A stretch of DNA of 64,000 nt, taken from NCBI GenBank assembly GCA_965213705.1, contig OZ243913.1, forward strand, positions 1,664,001-1,728,000, in the 5' to 3' direction. The position numbers were made by a program, and so were the translations under genes. Source of the DNA: Trueperaceae bacterium (GTDB lineage Bacteria; Deinococcota; Deinococci; Deinococcales; Trueperaceae). Under the pieces are notes generated by a model. It had not been told where the DNA came from. It saw only the letters and a program-made list of their open reading frames with translations, and did not search any database. Shown here in pieces: positions 59,801 to 64,000 of the stretch (the stretch's first letter is position 1; every line of letters begins with the position of its first letter).

Positions 59801-61097
59801 GCCTCCGAACACGACGAATGCGGACCCCGGACCCCCGCGGTTACGGCGTGAACTCGGTTTGTTCGGCGCAACCATGCTCGGGCTGGGCTCGGTCGTGGGG
59901 ACGGGCGTGTTCGTGTCCGTCGGCGTGGCGGCGGGGGTGGCGGGGTCGGGGGTGGTGTTGGCGGTGGTGCTGGGCGCGGTCGTGGCGGGGTTCAACGGGC
60001 TCTCGAGCGCTCAACTCGCCGCCTATCACCCGGTCTCGGGCGGCACCTACGAGTACGGCTACGCTTTTTTGAATCCGACCCTCGGTTTTGTCGCAGGTTG
60101 GACTTTTCTGCTCGCCAAGAGTGCGTCGGCGGCGTCGGCGGCTCTCGGGTTTGCAGGCTACGTGCTGGCCGTGTCCGGAGCGCCGCAGGCGTGGCGGACA
60201 GCGGTCGCGCTGTCGGCCGTGACCGCGCTGACCCTGATGGTGCTGTCGGGCTTGCGCCGTTCGAACCTTGCAAACACCGTTATCGTGTCGCTGACCCTGC
60301 TGTCGCTGCTCGTTTTTATCGTGGCGGGAACGCCCACGGCCTTAACGAACGCAGGCGTCAACCTCGACCTGTCCGGCGCGACCGACCTTCGCGCGCTGCT
60401 TTACGCGACCGCCCTGATGTTCGTGGCCTACACGGGCTACGGGCGCATTGCCACGTTGGGCGAAGAGGTCAAAGACCCGCCGCGCACCGTGCCCCGCGCC
60501 ATCATCGTGACGCTGCTCGTGACGATGACGCTGTACGCGCTCGTCGCCGTGGTCGGGGTGGGCGCGGTCGGGGCGAGCGCGTTGGGGGAGCCCGGCAACC
60601 GCGCGGCACCTTTGGAGCGCGCCGCCGTGAGTTTCGGCGTGGGGTTCGTGCCTGAAATCGTCACTTTCGGCGCGGTGACGGCGCTGCTCGGCGTGCTCTT
60701 AAACCTCGTGCTGGGTTTGTCCCGCGTGCTCCTGGCAATGGCGCGCAGGCGCGACGTGCCCTTCGCCCTCGCCAAGCTCGAGCCCCAGGGCAAAACGCCG
60801 ACGCGCGCGGTGGTCGCGGTGGGCGTCGGTGTCGGCGCGCTCACGCTCCTTGGCGACGTCAAAACGACGTGGTCGTTCAGCGCCTTTGCGGTCCTCGTTT
60901 ACTACGCGATTACGAACCTCGCCGCGCTGTACTTGCCCGCCGCCGGGCGCAGGTTTCCGACGTGGTTTTCGGCGGCGGGTTTGGTCGCCTGCTTGGGGCT
61001 GGCCTTTTTTGTCGAACAGCGAGTGTGGCTGGCGGGCGTGGCGGCCATCGCCGTCGGTTTGGTGTGGCACCGGGTGGCGCGGCGGCTCGGCGGTTAG
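59799..61097 (+). CDS. APC family amino acid permease
   Basis: LRRELGLF, GSVVGTGVF, SGGTYEY, AYTGY...LGEEVKDP; about 12 TM segments. Confidence 0.93.
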   Translation: MPPNTTNADPGPPRLRRELGLFGATMLGLGSVVGTGVFVSVGVAAGVAGSGVVLAVVLGAVVAGFNGLSSAQLAAYHPVSGGTYEYGYAFLNPTLGFVAGWTFLLAKSASAASAALGFAGYVLAVSGAPQAWRTAVALSAVTALTLMVLSGLRRSNLANTVIVSLTLLSLLVFIVAGTPTALTNAGVNLDLSGATDLRALLYATALMFVAYTGYGRIATLGEEVKDPPRTVPRAIIVTLLVTMTLYALVAVVGVGAVGASALGEPGNRAAPLERAAVSFGVGFVPEIVTFGAVTALLGVLLNLVLGLSRVLLAMARRRDVPFALAKLEPQGKTPTRAVVAVGVGVGALTLLGDVKTTWSFSAFAVLVYYAITNLAALYLPAAGRRFPTWFSAAGLVACLGLAFFVEQRVWLAGVAAIAVGLVWHRVARRLGG

Positions 61098-61169
61098 CGA
61101 CGACCAAAACGGCCTGCGCTGGCACGGCCTCGAGCCCCGACGAGTCCGGGGCGGCGCTTTCTTCAAACC

Positions 61170-61238
61170 TGACGGACACATCAAGCCGAACACGAGCAAG
61201 ACGAACATGTCAAGCCGGACAAGTCAAAGGTGAACATA
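61170..61238. repeat. Four to five imperfect 14-15-bp direct repeats upstream of the greA promoter
   Basis: TCAAGCCGAACA, GCAAGACGAACA, TCAAGCCGGACA, TCAAAGGTGAACA. Confidence 0.6.
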
Positions 61239-61251
61239 TGCACACGCTCGG

Positions 61252-61279
61252 TTGACATCGCGCGGCCCCGGCTTATAAT
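61252..61279 (+). promoter_or_regulatory. Consensus sigma70 promoter of greA
   Basis: TTGACA-N16-TATAAT, then RBS AAGGAG and ATG 61299. Confidence 0.85.
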
Positions 61280-61298
61280 CGTTGGGCGAAGGAGTGGT

Positions 61299-61775
61299 AT
61301 GGCGAAGAAACCGATTTTCCTGACCCCGCAGGGGTTGGAACGCATCAAAGAAGAACTCATCCACCTCAAAGACGTCAAGCGGCAGGAGTTGTCCGAGTAC
61401 ATGGGCAAGGCCATCGAGGACGGCGACTTGCGCGAGAGTGCCGCCTACGACGAGGCGAGGTTGTTGCAGAGCGCCAACGAAACGCGTATCGCGGACTTAG
61501 AAGAAATCATCCACCGCGCCCAGGTGGTCGAGGCCGAGGCGGGCGAGGACGCGCCGGCGCGTTTGGGCGCGAGTCTGGTGCTCGAGGGTGTAGGCGGCGA
61601 ACACGAGACCTTTTACCTCGTCGGCACGCACGAGGCCGATATTTTTGAAAACCGCATCTCGGACGAGTCGCCTCTGGGCCGCGAACTCATGGGCAAGCGC
61701 GCGGGCGACAAGGTCGCCGTACCCCTGCGCGACACGACGGCCCAGTACACGGTCGTCGACGTCAAGTTTGAGTAA
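61299..61775 (+). CDS. greA: Transcription elongation factor GreA
   Basis: LTPQG, GDLRESAAYDEAR and ISDESPLG. Confidence 0.92.
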   Translation: MAKKPIFLTPQGLERIKEELIHLKDVKRQELSEYMGKAIEDGDLRESAAYDEARLLQSANETRIADLEEIIHRAQVVEAEAGEDAPARLGASLVLEGVGGEHETFYLVGTHEADIFENRISDESPLGRELMGKRAGDKVAVPLRDTTAQYTVVDVKFE

Positions 61776-61846
61776 GCCCCTATTCCCAAGGCCGGCTTTA
61801 CGTGCGCGTCACGCTTCTCATGGCTTTAGCTTAAAAGATTGACAGT

Positions 61847-62410
61847 GTGCTCAAGGCTGCTTTTTTGACGCTTGCCCTCGTCGTCGGGGGACTCGTCGTT
61901 TTGGCGCTGTTGCCCAGGGGCGAGCGCGTGGTGCCGGACAGCACGATAGCGCTGAGCGGCGCTGCTGTCACGCTGTTTCCCCAGGCCGACCCGGAAGCCG
62001 TCTGGCACTTCGCCTCACCCAGAGTTGACTACGACCCCGACACGCGTGAAACGGTTTTGCACGACTTGCAGGACGGCGCTCGCACGGTGAACGGTGAAAC
62101 CGACTTCACCCTCGCCTCGGACGAGGTCGTTATCGGCAGCGACGAGAACATCACGGGCGACCTGATAACGGCCTACATCCCCGACGCGGCCATCACGCTG
62201 ACGATGCGTTCCGGGGCGGGTCGCCCGGTCGTGCTGGACCAGCGGCAGGGTAAGTTCATCGTTCCCGACCTGTACTTTACGGGCGAGGGTCTGGGCGACA
62301 ACACCGCCAAAAACGCGACCATGAATTTCGACACCTCGAACCTGGAGGCCGACTGTGCCTACGAGACCTGTCAGAACCAGTTTATCGACGAGAACGCGCG
62401 GCAGCCGTGA
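61847..62410 (+). CDS. Single-TM protein, LptC-like
   Basis: N-terminal TM followed by a beta-strand-rich domain; precedes OstA-like genes. Family call is inferred. Confidence 0.55.
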   Translation: MLKAAFLTLALVVGGLVVLALLPRGERVVPDSTIALSGAAVTLFPQADPEAVWHFASPRVDYDPDTRETVLHDLQDGARTVNGETDFTLASDEVVIGSDENITGDLITAYIPDAAITLTMRSGAGRPVVLDQRQGKFIVPDLYFTGEGLGDNTAKNATMNFDTSNLEADCAYETCQNQFIDENARQP

Positions 62411-62429
62411 CCGCCAAAGGAGCGTACCC

Positions 62430-63350
62430 GTGAGCCGATTGAAACTTTTTTCGACCGCCCTCAGCTTGCTGCTGGTTACCGCGTTGGCCCAGGACGTGAG
62501 CGAACGCATCATCACTATCGACTTCAGCGGGGGTTCGCAGCGTATGGAGAACCTGCGTTACGGCCCCATCGCCTACACCCACCCCGACCCGGAAGGCATC
62601 ACGGCGGTGGTGTCGAACCTCAACATTTTTGCCCACGAAGCCACTTTGCGCGGGCCCGAAGACGAGCAGGTGCCTCTTTCGCAAGCCCAAGGGCGGCGCG
62701 TCGCTACGTTCGGCGACGGCGTCCGCGTGGCTCGCAACCGCTTAGAGTCCAGGGGCTCGAGCCTCGTCTACAGCGAAGAAAGCGGTTTGGGTACGCTCTC
62801 CGGTGGCGTGGACATCCTGGTCGCGCCCAAAGAAGAGGGGGACGACCCCGTCGCCATCACCGCGCAAGAGGCCGAGTTTGACGTCGACACCGACGTGAGC
62901 GTCAGCAAGGGGGACGTGCAACTCACGACCGGCAACCAGAGCGCGACCTCGGACACCCTGGAATACGAAGAGGACCGGGACTTGGGCTGTCTGCGGAGCG
63001 AGGGCGCTCAGGTCACGGCGCGGCGTGCAGGCGACGACGGTGACGAACTGCTCATCACGGCGGACACGGTTTGTACCCTGACCGAACAGGATAAACTCTT
63101 GGCAAAAGGCAACGTGACCATCGTGGACGGTTCGATTACCAGCCGGGGCGACACCGTGTTTTTCGACGACAGCCAGTCTCGAGCCGAAATCATCGGCAAC
63201 GCGACCTCGGTCGACGAAGCGGAAGGCTTTGAAATTTCGGGCGACCGCATCGAGCAGCGCACCGACCTCGACACGGTGCGCATCGTCGACGCCTCGGTGC
63301 CGACCGAGTTTACCGAAGACGAGTTCACCCTTACGCGCAACCTGCCATGA
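62430..63350 (+). CDS. LptA/OstA-like beta-jellyroll periplasmic protein
   Basis: RBS AAGGAG, GTG 62430, signal peptide, repeated short strands (ITAQEAEFD..VSKGDVQL; AKGNVTI; AEIIGNA). Confidence 0.7.
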   Translation: MSRLKLFSTALSLLLVTALAQDVSERIITIDFSGGSQRMENLRYGPIAYTHPDPEGITAVVSNLNIFAHEATLRGPEDEQVPLSQAQGRRVATFGDGVRVARNRLESRGSSLVYSEESGLGTLSGGVDILVAPKEEGDDPVAITAQEAEFDVDTDVSVSKGDVQLTTGNQSATSDTLEYEEDRDLGCLRSEGAQVTARRAGDDGDELLITADTVCTLTEQDKLLAKGNVTIVDGSITSRGDTVFFDDSQSRAEIIGNATSVDEAEGFEISGDRIEQRTDLDTVRIVDASVPTEFTEDEFTLTRNLP

Positions 63351-64000
63351 GGTTGCCGGCGCTGTGGTTGGTGTTGGGGCTGAGCTTGGCGCTCACGTTC
63401 GTTTTGGCTCAGGAAAACGCGGCGCCCCCGCCGCCGGACAGCCGACAAGAAGCCCTACCCGACTCGGCACCGGCTGAACAGAGCCGAGACGTGCAACAGG
63501 ATACCCAGTCTCAAGACACTCAGTCTCAAGATACCCAATCTCAAGATACCGGGGGTGCGCCTCCGGTCGTGCAGCGCACGGTGCCGGCGGGTGCAGAACC
63601 GCTGAGCAGCCTCACGCTGAAACGCGACGACCGCACCATCTTCGTCAAGCAGTACGCCCCCGGGGCCGAGGGCGGGCAGTTCGTGCTGCGCGCGCCGGAC
63701 TGCAGTGAGGAGGCGACAAAAAACCAGGTGCGAACCAGCACGGTGTACGGCGGCGACGCTTACTTAGTCGAGACCCTTATCAACGAAACCCGCATCACCT
63801 CGCCCGTCGTCCTTCAAAAAAGTCCGCCCAAAGAAGCGGGCGGCAACGACAAGGCCAAGCTCGAGATGCTGGGGGGCAGCTTGAGCGTTAACGACCGGGA
63901 GTGTCCTGAAAACTTCACGCCGGGTGAAGAGCAAGAGGTCAAGCTCGAGCAGGGCCGCACCACGGTGGACGGTTTTCAGGGGGTTTACGACAACGCCACC
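63347..64000 (+). CDS. Secreted protein, possibly a second OstA-like protein (partial, runs off the window)
   Basis: ATG 63347 overlaps the upstream stop; signal peptide MRLPALWLVLGLSLALTFVLA; QDTQS x3 repeat (63497-63550); frame open to the window end. Confidence 0.7.
   Translation, partial: MRLPALWLVLGLSLALTFVLAQENAAPPPPDSRQEALPDSAPAEQSRDVQQDTQSQDTQSQDTQSQDTGGAPPVVQRTVPAGAEPLSSLTLKRDDRTIFVKQYAPGAEGGQFVLRAPDCSEEATKNQVRTSTVYGGDAYLVETLINETRITSPVVLQKSPPKEAGGNDKAKLEMLGGSLSVNDRECPENFTPGEEQEVKLEQGRTTVDGFQGVYDNAT

Noticed and set aside
61170..61238. Possible mini-CRISPR or iteron origin
   Set aside because: Units are imperfect 14-15-mers; no rep gene, AT-rich unwinding element or spacers.

Overview
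GC-rich bacterial chromosomal window, most likely Deinococcota (Truepera/Deinococcus-like; inferred from a PprM-type cold-shock protein, a DrRRA-like response regulator and many leaderless promoters). Housekeeping content: lipB-lipA, an ExeM-type nuclease next to comEA-comEC, purQ-HAD-purL-purF, a full cytochrome c maturation operon (ccdA-ccmABCDEFGH plus a TPR-cytochrome c fusion and a Rieske protein), a two-component system, two ABC importers, two tandem clpS genes with clpA, apaG, rsmA, carD, uvrB, osmC, greA and an Lpt-like cluster. Small accessory islets are interspersed: a decayed hicBA, an intact AT-rich Panacea (DUF4065) antitoxin plus a two-TM putative toxin, a frameshifted nucleotidyltransferase with an orphan SMI1/KNR4 gene, and vapBC. 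The notable non-gene signals are strong CTCGAG over-representation, near absence of GATC, recurrent short tandem duplications (one frameshifts a dehydrogenase, one creates a uORF before purQ), heptamer-periodic intergenic hairpins, and a structured terminator-ended sRNA candidate near 59.4-59.8 kb. No tRNA, rRNA, CRISPR array, transposase or integrase was recognised. All family calls are from motif recognition, not database searches.
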